A stretch of DNA of 64,000 nucleotides from Longimicrobiales bacterium (GCA_965218295.1 CBDCKN010000002.1:1-64000); one strand, 5' to 3'; shown: positions 31,987 to 42,633, numbered from the stretch's first letter. Translations and numbers: made by a program. Notes: generated by a model from the sequence alone, not told the origin.

Positions 31987-33364
31987 GAGCTAGGATCAAA
32001 GGGTGTGTAAAAAGAGAGGCGACGTACCTTTCCGCTGAGTAATAACCAGCGAACTCCGGGTGACAGCCCGGGGGAAAGGAACGACGCCTCGTGAGGAAGA
32101 ATACGGTGGGACCCGAGGGTGAGTCCAGGACGCCCGTGTGGGAAGTTCTGGAAGAAGTGGTTCGGGAGAAGGCGCAGGAGTTCATTCAACAGATCTTGGA
32201 GGAGGAAGTCACGGAGTTGCTAGGGCGAGAGAAGTCAGAGCGCAGGAGGGTGGTGGACGCGACCGAGGGCTACCGCAACGGATACGGCAAGCCGAGGCGG
32301 CTGGCGATGAGCTCGGGCACGATCACACTCCGACGCCCTCGAGTTCGAGGCCTTGAGGAGCGGTTCGAGAGCCGCGTGCTGCCGTTGTTCGCGAGGCGGA
32401 CGAAGGAGCTGGGCGCTCTGCTTCCGGAGCTGTATCTGCACGGACTGGCGGAGGGAGACTTCGAGTTGGCGATGCGGGGCCTGCTGGGCGAGGGGGCACC
32501 GCTGTCGAAGTCTTCGATTCGGCGGCTGCGGGCGGGATGGACGGCGGAGTTCGAGGAATGGAGCCAGCGTCGCCTGGAGGGTCGTGAGGTCGTCTACGTG
32601 TGGGCGGACGGGATCTATGTGAAGGCAGGGCTGGAGCGGGACAAAGCGGCGCTGCTGGTGGTGCTGGGTGCCATGCGAGACGGGACGAAAGAGGTGTTGG
32701 CCCTGAGAGCGGGCTACCGAGAGTCGGTCGAGTCCTGGTCCGAGGTGTTGCGGGACCTGAAGGCACGCGGCATCGAGGCGCCCCGGCTTCTGATGGCGGA
32801 CGGTAACGCTGCGATCTGGGGCGCAGTACGGCAGGTATGGCCTGAGGCGGGTGAGCAACGGTGCTGGAACCACAAGATGAGGAACGTGCTGGACCGACTA
32901 CCTCAGCGGGAGCAGGGCGAGGCGAAGGATCTTCTCCGGGCCGTGGTCTACGCACCGAGCCGGGCCGAGGCCCTGAAGGCCCGCGAGGTGTTCGCCCGAC
33001 GCTATAGGCCGTGGTATCCGAAAGCAGTGGACGTACTCGAGGACGACTGGGAGCGGATGGTAGCGTTCTACGACTTCCCCGAGGACCACTGGAAGCATCT
33101 ACGCACGACGAACGTGGTCGAGAGCCCGTTCGCCGCGGTACGGCTCAGGACGACAGCAGCGAAGCGGTTCAAGCGGGTCGAGAGCGCTACGGCGCTAATC
33201 TGGAAGTTGCTCTTGGTGGCTGAGAAGCGGTTCCGAAGGCTCGACGCTCCTCACCTCCTCAAGGACGTATTTGAAGGAAGAAAGTTCGAAGACGGAAAGC
33301 CCGTCTCACACCAACAGCGGAAGAACGCCGCCTAATACGTTTACACACCTATTGACCCAACCTC
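31987..33364 (+). mobile_element. IS256-family element A, copy 2, nested in the right end of element B; 8-bp DR GAGCCACC
   Basis: Same ends and length as 28609-29986; DR at 31979-31986 and 33365-33372. Confidence 0.95.
32091..33335 (+). CDS. IS256-family transposase (element A)
   Basis: Protein identical to 28713-29957. Confidence 0.95.
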   Translation: MRKNTVGPEGESRTPVWEVLEEVVREKAQEFIQQILEEEVTELLGREKSERRRVVDATEGYRNGYGKPRRLAMSSGTITLRRPRVRGLEERFESRVLPLFARRTKELGALLPELYLHGLAEGDFELAMRGLLGEGAPLSKSSIRRLRAGWTAEFEEWSQRRLEGREVVYVWADGIYVKAGLERDKAALLVVLGAMRDGTKEVLALRAGYRESVESWSEVLRDLKARGIEAPRLLMADGNAAIWGAVRQVWPEAGEQRCWNHKMRNVLDRLPQREQGEAKDLLRAVVYAPSRAEALKAREVFARRYRPWYPKAVDVLEDDWERMVAFYDFPEDHWKHLRTTNVVESPFAAVRLRTTAAKRFKRVESATALIWKLLLVAEKRFRRLDAPHLLKDVFEGRKFEDGKPVSHQQRKNAA

Positions 33365-33415
33365 GAGCCACCACCTTCAACTGTCAGCGGGACACCATCC
33401 TCCCTGGAGCCCCCC

Positions 33416-35848
33416 ATGCGCAGAGTCGGCCCGAAGCGGATCGTACTGCCCGCCTCCACCGCCGCAGCCAGCGGCCGTGGCCACGGTTACGGTAACGCCT
33501 GCAGAGTCCACCCTCCTGGTTGGGGAGACGGTACAGCTTTCTGCGGCGACCCTCGACGCCGCCGGAGCCACGCTCAGCGGACGGACGGTGGCGTGGTCCA
33601 CGTCCGACGCACAAGTCGCGTCCGTCGTTGGCGGCCTCGTAACCGCGGTCGGTGCGGGCTCAGCCACCATAACCGCCACGTCTGAGGGACAGAGCGGAAC
33701 CGCCACGGTCACGGTCAACGCACCCACCTTCCAGCCCACGAGCGACACCAACCTCTCGGGGACACAGAGCTATGATGAGGTGATGATCCCCGCCGGGGTC
33801 ACGGTGACGGTCACCGACGACCTCACTATGGACGTTACCGGAGCCGTCAGCATCGAAGGGACGTTGAGTGGTGAGTGCGTGGGCATCACCATCAACGGCC
33901 AGGCCGCCGTCACCATCAACGGGACGATCACGAACGCCTGTACCCAGGGGCAGGCGGAAACACCCGATCTGACGATCATCGGGGACGGGGATCTCACCAT
34001 GGACGGCGGCACCGTCGAGACGAGTGGCAACGTCACGATCAAGAACGACCCCACCCTGACCGAGGCCGACTTCCCGGAGGAGGGCCAAGCGCTTTCGGGG
34101 CTCACTGCCGCGGCCGTGGGAAGCCAGGGGGGAACCTGCAGCGTGAGCAACTACATATTCCTCCCCGACCCCGTCCAGGCGAAGTCAGGAGCAGACGGTC
34201 AGCATGGTGAAAACGGCGAGGACGGCAAGACCTGGATTCTCCTCTGCCGGGGCAACGCCATCCTCGCGGGCGGAGTCCGTGTGTTCGGTCAGGACGGCGG
34301 AGATGGGGGTCGAGGCGATCACGAGAGCAACACCGAAGCCGACGCTTCGGGAGGCTTGGCCGGCAACGGTGGAAAGCTCCGGCTTCTGGCCACGGGCACA
34401 TGGCAGTTCACCGGCTCCGGCAACGAGCTCATCGGGGGAAACGGCGGCATCGGCGGAGCCGCCTTCGCGGAAGGCAAGCAGAACCCTGACATCGACCCTG
34501 CCGCGCCGGCTGCAGCTGTGGGTGGCGGAGGTGGCTTATCCGGGCTGGTGGAGGTGCGCTCCCTCGTCGGGATCGCCGAGCTCACACAGCCGGGGGTCCT
34601 GACCATTCAGGTCGGTGACGGGCGCCCCGGTGGAGACGCCACGGCCGTCGGCGCTCACGGCATGAACTCTTCCGAGAGACCAGGGAAGCCTGCACAGGTA
34701 GGCGGATCCGTGCAGGCGCTCGGTGGCCACGGTGGGTTCTCGCCTCCCTTTAAGTTCACGGCGACGGGGGGCGCCAGCACCGCCAACGTCGGCATCACCG
34801 GTGGAAACGGGGGGGACGGTGGTGCTGCCAACATGGATCCGGGCGACGGAGGCGATGGAGATGAGGAGTTCAAGGACGGCGCCAGAGGAGGGAGCAGCTT
34901 CAAGCTGGCAGCGGCGGCGAATTCGTCCGCGGCGCCAGCGGTGCGAGTGGTTCGTGGACCTAGACGCGCAGCCGCAGCTGCCCAGGGGGTGTCGAACGGC
35001 GGTGACGGCGGGAATGCCCAGGTGACAGACGCCACCGGCGCCCTGGTTGGCATCGGCGGCATGGGGGGTGCACTGGCCGTCGTGGGCGGACACGGCGGCT
35101 TCGAGTTCGACGGGTGCAGCGTCGTCCCGGTCACCAATGGAGGTGACGGTGGTCCGGGCGGGCGCATCGAAGGCAACGATGGCCCGGGAGGAACCGGCAA
35201 GACCAACGGTATGCCCGGCGGCGTCGAGGTCATCGACCTGACGGCCTTTGGAGGCGACGGACTCGACGGGGAATGGTTGCCCGGGGTCGGCGGCGCCAAG
35301 GGCGTCGACGCCTTGGAGCCCCGCGGACCCAGGATCGACTCGGGCAACAACTTCAAGGACGGCAAGGACGGCACCAACTGCCACTCCGGCTTCTTTGACT
35401 TGATCGTGAGCGTCCTGTCCGATCCGGTGGGCACAATCCGTTCATCCAGCTCGCACAGCTGCTCGAGTTGTTCCTGAGCCTGTCGAACTTCGTGCCGGAC
35501 GGAAGCTCCGATTTCGCCACGTCAGGGACGTCTCCCTTCATAAACGTGACCGGGACCCGGGACTCGGACGGCAACGTGCAGGCCGACGGGATCGGCACCG
35601 TGGCCGGCTTCCCCAGCATCTACGTCACGCTGGCCGGTCTCTTGAGCTGCGACGGAACCTTCTCCTTCGAGTACATCATGGGAGCCGCCTTCGGTCTACC
35701 CGGCGGATCCCCCATCAGCTATGGGCTGTCCGGGACCATGCGACCTGCGTCGCAGGCGTCGATCCGGAGCGAGCGGGTGCGACCGTGGTCGAACGCACCC
35801 CCCTCGGCGGCACCATCCGTTCCCGGCCGGGGTTGCGCTGTCCCATGA
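33416..35848 (+). pseudogene. Ig-like (Big_2) domain plus glycine-rich (GGxGG) surface protein, frameshifted near the N-terminus and near 35427
   Basis: VTVTPAESTLLVGETVQL..WSTSD..VASV..G.ATITATSEG Ig domain; many GGNGG/GGDGG repeats; coding-like sequence continues in another frame to 35848. Confidence 0.7.
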
Positions 35849-36140
35849 GGCCCGGCTGACGGCGTGTCTTAACCGTTACGAGGCTCTGCGGTCCGGCGAG
35901 AGCCGGGCCGCAGGGCCTGTCTTTTCGAGCTGAAGCTGCTTGCTCGCATCGACCGAGCCCGCCTGCGCTCGGACTCGCGTCCGATCTCGGAGTCCCTCTG
36001 ACTCTGGCCGCCCATCCAGACATCCCGTCGACTCATCCAACCGAAGTTCTCTTCGCACGTGTACGTATGTTCATGTCGTGAGTGTACGTATGTAGGTTGC
36101 AGCCCAAGAAGGGGCTCTGCCTAATATTCCTTGTCCCGAG

Positions 36141-36214
<74 letters not shown>

Positions 36215-36285
36215 GTACTCACGACCAAGGTAATCGCACGCCCACTCTCGATCCAAGTGCGCGACGGCGACCACGCGAGCCGAAA

Positions 36286-36924
36286 TCACTTCGTCCCGAA
36301 GAGGCGGTCGCCGGCATCTCCCAATCCCGGGACAATGTAGCCGATCTCGTTGAGCTCGCGGTCCAGCGCGGCGGTGAAGATGGGAACGTCCGGATGATCT
36401 GCGGCGAACCGGCGAACCCCTTCCGGTGCCGCAACAATACACATGAAGCGTATCCCCGCCGCGCCCCTCTTCTTGAGGACGTCGACCGCCGCCGAGGCCG
36501 ATCCACCCGTAGCCAACATGGGGTCCAACAGAATGAAGTGCCGGACTTCACCCTCGGGCGGGACCTCGAAGTAGTACTCCACCGGCTTGAGGGTGTCCTC
36601 GTCCCGGTAGAGCCCCACGTGGCCGACTCGGGCACTGGGAATCAGCCTCAGAATGCCCTCCACCATCCCGAGGCCTGCGCGGAGGATCGGAACCAGCACC
36701 AGCTTCTTGCCCCGGATGCGCTGACAGGTCGTGGTCTCCAGGGGCGTCTCGATCTCCACCTCCTCCGTCTCCAGCCCCCGGGTGGCCTCGTACGCCATGA
36801 GCATGGCGATCTCGTCCACCAGCTCCTTGAAGCGCTTCTTCGGAGTGGTCTTGTCCCTCAAGAGTGAGAGCTTGTGGTGAATGAGCGGATGCTCGAGAAC
36901 GGTCAGCGTGGGAAACTCGGTCAT
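36286..36924 (-). CDS. upp: Uracil phosphoribosyltransferase
   Basis: [37 protein letters not shown]. Confidence 0.97.
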   Translation of the reverse strand: MTEFPTLTVLEHPLIHHKLSLLRDKTTPKKRFKELVDEIAMLMAYEATRGLETEEVEIETPLETTTCQRIRGKKLVLVPILRAGLGMVEGILRLIPSARVGHVGLYRDEDTLKPVEYYFEVPPEGEVRHFILLDPMLATGGSASAAVDVLKKRGAAGIRFMCIVAAPEGVRRFAADHPDVPIFTAALDRELNEIGYIVPGLGDAGDRLFGTK

Positions 36925-37087
36925 GGGCTCCTGCCCGGTCGGGGTCGGTGGTGCTGATCGAGCCTCCACGTTACCTGCCACTCCTCGACCGTGAAAGACC
37001 GTTAGGTTCCCGCTAGAATAGGAGGCAGGAACACCCAGAACGTCTCACCGGCCAACTCGCCGGGCCGGTCTTCCAGGAGACTGCCGG

Positions 37088-37759
37088 TTGCCGGTGCCCG
37101 ACACGACAAGGGAACGGATGGCCATGGTCGAGAGCCAGCTCGCGGCCCGCGGCATCGTCGACACCCGCGTCCTGGAGGCTATGGCATGGGTGCCTCGTGA
37201 GGACTTTCTCCCCGAGGATCGTCAGTCCTGGGCCTATCGGGATCGTGCGGTTCCCCTGGGCCACGGCCAGACGGTGAGCCAGCCCTACATGGTCGCCGCT
37301 ATGACGGAGGCGCTGCGGCTGGGGCCGGAGGACCGGGTGCTGGAGGTGGGAACGGGCAGCGGATATCAGGCCGCCGTGCTCAGCGACATCGCCGCACAAG
37401 TCTTCACCATCGAGCGCCTTCCCGACCTCCAGTCCGCGGCGGAGGAGCGCCTCGCGGCCCTGGGCATCTCGAACGTGCGGTTTCGGGTGGGGGACGGGTC
37501 CTTGGGTTGGCCCGAAGAGGTACCCTTCGACGCCATCATCGTCACGGCCGGCGCTCCGTCGGTCCCACCCGCTCTCAAGAGCCAGGTGAACGAGGATGGC
37601 GGTCGACTGGTCATCCCGGTGGGACCGCGGCGCCAGCAGTCCCTGATCCGCTACACGCGAACGGGGAACGAGTACGTCACCGAGCGCCTCCTGAACTGCG
37701 CGTTCGTCCCCCTGGTAGGGTCCGAAGGCTGGCCCAGCGGGTCGGCGGCCGACCTGTAG
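37088..37759 (+). CDS. pcm: Protein-L-isoaspartate O-methyltransferase
   Basis: GQTVSQPYMVA, VLEVGTGSGYQAA, PFDAIIVTAG, FVPLVG. Confidence 0.95.
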   Translation: MPVPDTTRERMAMVESQLAARGIVDTRVLEAMAWVPREDFLPEDRQSWAYRDRAVPLGHGQTVSQPYMVAAMTEALRLGPEDRVLEVGTGSGYQAAVLSDIAAQVFTIERLPDLQSAAEERLAALGISNVRFRVGDGSLGWPEEVPFDAIIVTAGAPSVPPALKSQVNEDGGRLVIPVGPRRQQSLIRYTRTGNEYVTERLLNCAFVPLVGSEGWPSGSAADL

Positions 37760-37775
37760 AATCCCCGGGGACACT

Positions 37776-37941
37776 TAGTGTTCCGTTGCCGAAGTTCGCG
37801 AGCCACCAAGAGGGTCGGGGCGCCGTGGGATCAAGGCGGGACGACGCGGCGTAGCGCAAGCTACGGCAAGGAGTCCCAACGCCGAGCCCACGGATGCACC
37901 GTGCCCTCGACTGGCCGAGACACTTTGGCAACGGGACACTA
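37776..37941. mobile_element. Complete MITE-like element (about 165 bp), TA-flanked
   Basis: TAGTGTTCCGTTGCCGAAGTTCGCGAGCCACCAAGAGGG...CACTTTGGCAACGGGACACTA; longer relative of 17236-17326; supplies the stop of the 37939 ORF. Confidence 0.8.
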
Positions 37942-39594
37942 ACGTTTGATGCGCTCGCCCTTGTCCTCGTACCGGAAGATCCACGCCGCCATGCGTCCCG
38001 GGCGAATCCGTCCTTCGGCGTCGCCGAACTCCTGATCGCCCTGAGACCCCTCCAGAACTCCCGGACGGTCCTGAATCTCGACGGCGACCCCCTTGATGCG
38101 ATCCCGCCACAAGCTCCAGTTGCTGGACCGGAGGTCCACCCAACCCGCCGTCACGATCCTGTCGTCGGTGGGGCTCAGGTGGGGCTCGGGCAGCATCTTC
38201 ACCATGGCACCCCGCAGGACAGAGTCCCCGTCGGGCAGCAGAATGGGGAGTCCGATCGTCAGGATGCGTTGGCGCAGATCGGCGTCTGCCTCGATGAGCT
38301 CCTGGCTCCGCCGGGCGGCGTCTTCCGGATCCAGCTCGGCGGCGGCGGCCATGACGTCGTAGAGCCGCTCGAGGATCGCCGCCTCGAAAAGCAGCTTCGA
38401 CAGCCGAGGTGGGCCCAACATCTCGTAGGCCACCGACTCGATGCCGTGCTCCGCCTCGAGACGCTCCATGGCCCCGAGGGCCTCGCTGCGCAGGACACCC
38501 GCTCGATACGTCGGCCCCATGGTGGCGGCGTCGAGGGCCGCCACCACGTCCCGGCCCGTGGGGTGTCCCTGGATCTCGCGGACAACGTTCTCGGCGATCT
38601 CCTCAGGTGTCACGAACTCCATGAGCCCGAGGGAGGTGAGGGCCTTGAACTCGGGAAGCGAGAAGAGGCCGTTCTCGCCCACGTCGATGTAGACGCCTGC
38701 CAGAGGCTCATCCAGGCTCTTGAACCCTCTGCCTCCATCGGCGAAGGCCTCGGCCACCGGGAGGGGGCCCGTCGAGTCCGAGAGTGGGAGCGGGCACCCA
38801 CCTTTCGTGATGGGACCGAAGCAGATGGACCTCCAGGATATGGCAGCCGTCGGCTTGACCTCCTTCACGGCCGGGGCACCGGGCGTCCGGGCCATGAGGT
38901 AGAGGAGGAGCGTGTGAGCACCGGCCAATCCCGACTTCGCGAGGAGCACTCGCGAAGGTCGCTCCTCAGAGTGGGTGAATGGAATGTTGAGGCCCATGCC
39001 CCCGGTGCCCACGGTCCCCACCTTCACATAGATCCCGGTCCCCGCTTGCCTCATCCCCTCGAGGGCGATCTGCACGTGCCGGGTGAGCTGCGGCAGGTAC
39101 AGGGTCAAGAGGTGACGCTCCACGGCCTCGCCGTCCACCGTTCCGTCATCCGCCTTGGAACGGAGCCTCGCAGCAGAGGCGAAAGCGTCCTGGTAGGCCA
39201 AGGCACCCGCCGTGTTCACACAGTCCACGATGACATCCGGGCGCACCCGGGCTAGCAAGCTGCCCAGGGCCGAGCGCTCGAGAACCTCCTGGGTGAGGGG
39301 GCCGTACAGGTCGTCCACCATGCGGCTGCGGGCCTCCCGATCCCCAAGGATCTCCTCTCGGGGTCGCTCACAGACGTCGTCCTGGACGAAGATGTCGCCC
39401 CACTCCGCTTCGATCTCGGTGTTCGCCGCACCTGGATGGCCTTCCAGCTTGCGGGCCGCCTCCTCCGCGTCTTTTCTGCGAAGGGAGGTGAGGACGAGCT
39501 TCCTCGGAGCATGCTCGGCCATCTGGCGCGCAACCGCAAAGCCCACGAGGCCCGCGCCTCCCAAGACGAGCACTGTTCGATCCTTCAGCTCCAT
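37939..39594 (-). CDS. Long Rossmann-fold (SDR-like) oxidoreductase
   Basis: N-terminal VLVLGGAGLVG; 551 aa. Confidence 0.75.
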   Translation of the reverse strand: MELKDRTVLVLGGAGLVGFAVARQMAEHAPRKLVLTSLRRKDAEEAARKLEGHPGAANTEIEAEWGDIFVQDDVCERPREEILGDREARSRMVDDLYGPLTQEVLERSALGSLLARVRPDVIVDCVNTAGALAYQDAFASAARLRSKADDGTVDGEAVERHLLTLYLPQLTRHVQIALEGMRQAGTGIYVKVGTVGTGGMGLNIPFTHSEERPSRVLLAKSGLAGAHTLLLYLMARTPGAPAVKEVKPTAAISWRSICFGPITKGGCPLPLSDSTGPLPVAEAFADGGRGFKSLDEPLAGVYIDVGENGLFSLPEFKALTSLGLMEFVTPEEIAENVVREIQGHPTGRDVVAALDAATMGPTYRAGVLRSEALGAMERLEAEHGIESVAYEMLGPPRLSKLLFEAAILERLYDVMAAAAELDPEDAARRSQELIEADADLRQRILTIGLPILLPDGDSVLRGAMVKMLPEPHLSPTDDRIVTAGWVDLRSSNWSLWRDRIKGVAVEIQDRPGVLEGSQGDQEFGDAEGRIRPGRMAAWIFRYEDKGERIKR

Positions 39595-39621
39595 CTAGTG
39601 TTCCGCTTCCGAAGTTCGATA

Positions 39622-40353
39622 TCACCCTCTATTCGGGTCACGTTCCTCGACGCATCGCTCGAGGGCCTGAATGTCTTCGTCGTCCAGCTCTTCCCACTCG
39701 CCCGCGGGTAGGTAGCCCAGGCGAATGGGACCGAACCGAACCCGTCTCAAGGCCACCACAGGGTGACCGACGGCCTCCAGGAGCCTCCTCACCTCACGCT
39801 TGCGGCCTTCGGTGAGCACCAACCTCAGCGTCCCGTAGCCCTCTTCCGGCCGCTCCGGATCGACACGGGTGGGGCGAGCCCAGCCGTCGTCGAGCTCCAC
39901 ACCCCGCCGCAGGCGTTCGATGACCTTCTCGGTCGGTATACCTTTTACCCGCGCCTCGTACTCTCGCTCCACCTGAGTGCGTGGATGTTGCAGCCGGTTC
40001 GCCAGGTCCCCGTCGTTGGTGAGCAACAGCAACCCCTCGGTCTCCATGTCGAGGCGGCCGACATACCGCAGGGCGCCATACTCGTCGGGCAACCGGTCGT
40101 AGATCGTGGCCCTACCGTGAGTGTCCTCCACGGTGGTGACCACCCCGACAGGTTTGTGGAAGCGGATCCAACGGCGTGGCGGTAGCGAGACTGACTCGCC
40201 GTCCACCTCTACGGTGTCGCGGTCGGGATCGACCTTCGTGCCGAGCTCGGTAGTGACGACCCCGTTGATCCTCACCCGGCCCTCCTCGACGAGGTTCTCG
40301 GCCTTTCGTCGCGAGGCTACGCCGGCCCGCGAGAGGAACTTCTGGATCCGCAT
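39622..40353 (-). CDS. rluB: 23S rRNA pseudouridine synthase (RluB/RsuA family)
   Basis: S4 domain RIQKFLSRAGVASRR; VGRLD catalytic motif; adjacent to scpB. Confidence 0.88.
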   Translation of the reverse strand: MRIQKFLSRAGVASRRKAENLVEEGRVRINGVVTTELGTKVDPDRDTVEVDGESVSLPPRRWIRFHKPVGVVTTVEDTHGRATIYDRLPDEYGALRYVGRLDMETEGLLLLTNDGDLANRLQHPRTQVEREYEARVKGIPTEKVIERLRRGVELDDGWARPTRVDPERPEEGYGTLRLVLTEGRKREVRRLLEAVGHPVVALRRVRFGPIRLGYLPAGEWEELDDEDIQALERCVEERDPNRG

Positions 40354-40366
40354 GGGACCGCGGTTC

Positions 40367-41113
40367 TCAGTCGGAGTCGGTATCCTCGGGGTCCTCGATA
40401 AGCATCGGGTCTCCGGCCGCCCCGTTCCCGCGAACCTGGGACCCCTCGGTGCTCTCCAGATCTTCGCCGGCCTCCGCCACCGACGGGGCCTCGCCGGAAA
40501 GGATGTCATCGACTCCCAACTCCGGCATGTCGCCCAGGGCCTCCTTCGGGGCGTCGATCTCCTCACCGGGCATATCCTCCAGGGGAGGGCGATCCCGGAG
40601 GATCACGGGCAGCTCCTCCGGACGGGGGAGGTCATCAAGCGAGCGGAAGCCGAAGTGCTCGAGAAAGCGCTGGGTCGTGCCGTACAGGAGGGGTCGGCCG
40701 AGGCCCTCGCCCCGAGCCACCACCTCCACCAGCGCACGGTCCATCAGCGTGCGGATCACCCCCGCCGAGCTGACTCCCCGAATGTATTCGACCTCGATGC
40801 GGCCGATAGGCTGACGATAGGCGATGATGGCCAGGGTCTCGAGCGCCGGGCCGGACAGCCGGGAGGGTCGCGGGACGGTGTCGAAGCGCTCGAGGTAGGG
40901 AGCGAACTCGGGCCGGGTGAGGAGCTGGTATCCTTCCCCGATCTCTCGGATCTCGAAGGCCCGCTCCGACTCGGAGTATGCGGCGTTGAGCTCCCCGATG
41001 GCGTCCTCGATCAGATCCTCGTTCAAGGCCTCGTCTGCCCGGGCGATCTCCTCCGTCCTAAGCGGTGCATCGGAGGCAAAGAGGACGGCTTCGACGACCT
41101 GGGCCGGGTTCAC
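40367..41113 (-). CDS. scpB: SMC-Scp complex subunit ScpB
   Basis: VEAVLFAS, LSGPALETLAIIAYRQP, GRPLLYGTT..FLEHFG. Confidence 0.95.
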   Translation of the reverse strand: MNPAQVVEAVLFASDAPLRTEEIARADEALNEDLIEDAIGELNAAYSESERAFEIREIGEGYQLLTRPEFAPYLERFDTVPRPSRLSGPALETLAIIAYRQPIGRIEVEYIRGVSSAGVIRTLMDRALVEVVARGEGLGRPLLYGTTQRFLEHFGFRSLDDLPRPEELPVILRDRPPLEDMPGEEIDAPKEALGDMPELGVDDILSGEAPSVAEAGEDLESTEGSQVRGNGAAGDPMLIEDPEDTDSD

Positions 41114-41901
41114 GGCGCTTCTCCTTGTACTTCATGGCCCTCATCTGTTTCTTCCGCGGCCCCCAGGCCGCGATAGACCCACAACTCCGCGAACGGCTTC
41201 ACCTGCCGCAGCTTCACGCGCCGCCTCCGGGTGAGCTCGAGCCCGGCGAGAAACGTCATCACGCCGTGGATACGATTCTTGAATGGCCTGACGAGCCTGC
41301 TGAACTCGATCCGACGCACACGATCGAGCGTGCTGAGAATCAAGTTCATCTTGTCTTCCATGGCAACGGGCCGGGTGGCGACGAGATGCGCCCGGATTCT
41401 GGGCTCGGGAGGCGTCACCTCGAGGGCTGCCAGGAACACGTCCTCCCAGGTGCTCTCCAGTGGCGTCTCCTCCATGGGTGGGCGAACGCGTGGCTCCAAG
41501 AAGCCCTTCCCGAACCGCCGGGCGCGCTCCGCTTCGGAGGTGGCCATCCGCTGGCTGATCTCACGGATCTGCTCGTACTCCAGGAGACGGCGCACGAGCT
41601 CCGCCCTTGGATCCTCCTCCTCTTCGTCGCCGTGCCTCGGCAGGAGCATCTGCGCCTTGATTCTGATGAGCCCGGCCGCCATCTCCAGAAACTCGCCGGC
41701 ATTGTCAAGGTCTTCGGCTCCGATCCCCTCGACAGCGGTGAGGAACTGACGGGTGATCAGGGAGATGGGGATCTCGAAGACGTCGATGTCCTGCTGCCGG
41801 ATCAGATGAAGCAGCAGATCCAGGGGCCCCTGGAACCGCTCGATATCGATGACCAGGAAATCCTCTCGGGCGAGAGGACTGGCGGTGGGCGTCAGATCCA
41901 C
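41110..41901 (-). CDS. scpA: Segregation/condensation protein ScpA
   Basis: FQGPLDLLLHLIR..IDVFEIPI; FLAGLEL. Confidence 0.93.
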   Translation of the reverse strand: MDLTPTASPLAREDFLVIDIERFQGPLDLLLHLIRQQDIDVFEIPISLITRQFLTAVEGIGAEDLDNAGEFLEMAAGLIRIKAQMLLPRHGDEEEEDPRAELVRRLLEYEQIREISQRMATSEAERARRFGKGFLEPRVRPPMEETPLESTWEDVFLAALEVTPPEPRIRAHLVATRPVAMEDKMNLILSTLDRVRRIEFSRLVRPFKNRIHGVMTFLAGLELTRRRRVKLRQVKPFAELWVYRGLGAAEETDEGHEVQGEAP

Positions 41902-42545
41902 AGATCGATGAAGGCATCGGCCAAGCCCATGAGGGCCAGGACGGGCCAGAGTACGAAGCTGAAGAACGGGGGATAGAAAAACACGAGCCCCAGGAGCACG
42001 AGCATTCCGTAACGGCCTGTCTGACGATACGTCGCTCCCCACCGCCGTGGCAGCAGGTGGTACATCACATGTGACCCGTCGAGGGGGGGAATCGGGAGGA
42101 GGTTGAAGACGGCCAGAATGAGGTTGATGAAGATCCCGAACCGGGCCATGCGGATCAAGAATCCTAGGACAGCCTCCCCCCCGCCGGCCACCATCTGGAG
42201 CTTCACCATGGCCAGCGCCAACAAGGTGAAGACCACGGCCAGAAGCAGGTTCGAAACGATCCCCGCGAGCGAAACTTTGATGTCACCGCTCCTGTAGTTT
42301 CTGAACTTGCGGGGATCGATCGGCACAGGCTTCGCCCACCCGAAGATCAGGCCGTTCGCCATGAAGTGCAGGGCAACCGGGACGAGGAACGACCCCATCA
42401 GATCCATGTGGGAGACGGGATTGAGGGTGATGCGTCCGAGCTGCTGGGCCGTGTCGTCGCCCTCCTTGAGAGCCACCCACGCGTGCGCCACCTCGTGCAC
42501 CACGATCGAGAAGATGAGCACGGGAAGAAGGGACAGGAAATCCAT
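41892..42545 (-). CDS. Site-2 protease (M50) family membrane metalloprotease
   Basis: HEVAH and FNLLPIPPLDG. Confidence 0.93.
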   Translation of the reverse strand: MDFLSLLPVLIFSIVVHEVAHAWVALKEGDDTAQQLGRITLNPVSHMDLMGSFLVPVALHFMANGLIFGWAKPVPIDPRKFRNYRSGDIKVSLAGIVSNLLLAVVFTLLALAMVKLQMVAGGGEAVLGFLIRMARFGIFINLILAVFNLLPIPPLDGSHVMYHLLPRRWGATYRQTGRYGMLVLLGLVFFYPPFFSFVLWPVLALMGLADAFIDLWI

Positions 42546-42604
42546 TGCGGGAAGGTACCCGGGATGCCCTGCGGGGGCTACCTTCAGCGCGTACCGACCG
42601 GTTC

Positions 42605-42633
42605 TTGATCGGCCTTGCCCTTTCGGATATACT
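42605..42633 (+). promoter_or_regulatory. Sigma70-type promoter of rpsT
   Basis: TTGATC-17 nt-TATACT. Confidence 0.65.

Larger units (their letters stand above)
30557..33399 (+). mobile_element. IS256-family element B, copy 1, carrying a nested element A; 8-bp DR CTCCCTGG
   Basis: TIRs GAAGCTGTCCCAACCGTAGTTGAAGGT / ACCTTCAACTGTCAGCGGGACACCATC; DR at 30549-30556 and 33400-33407. Confidence 0.93.

Noticed and set aside
28609..33364. Composite transposon bounded by the two element A copies
   Set aside because: Each copy has its own different target duplication, so they inserted independently.
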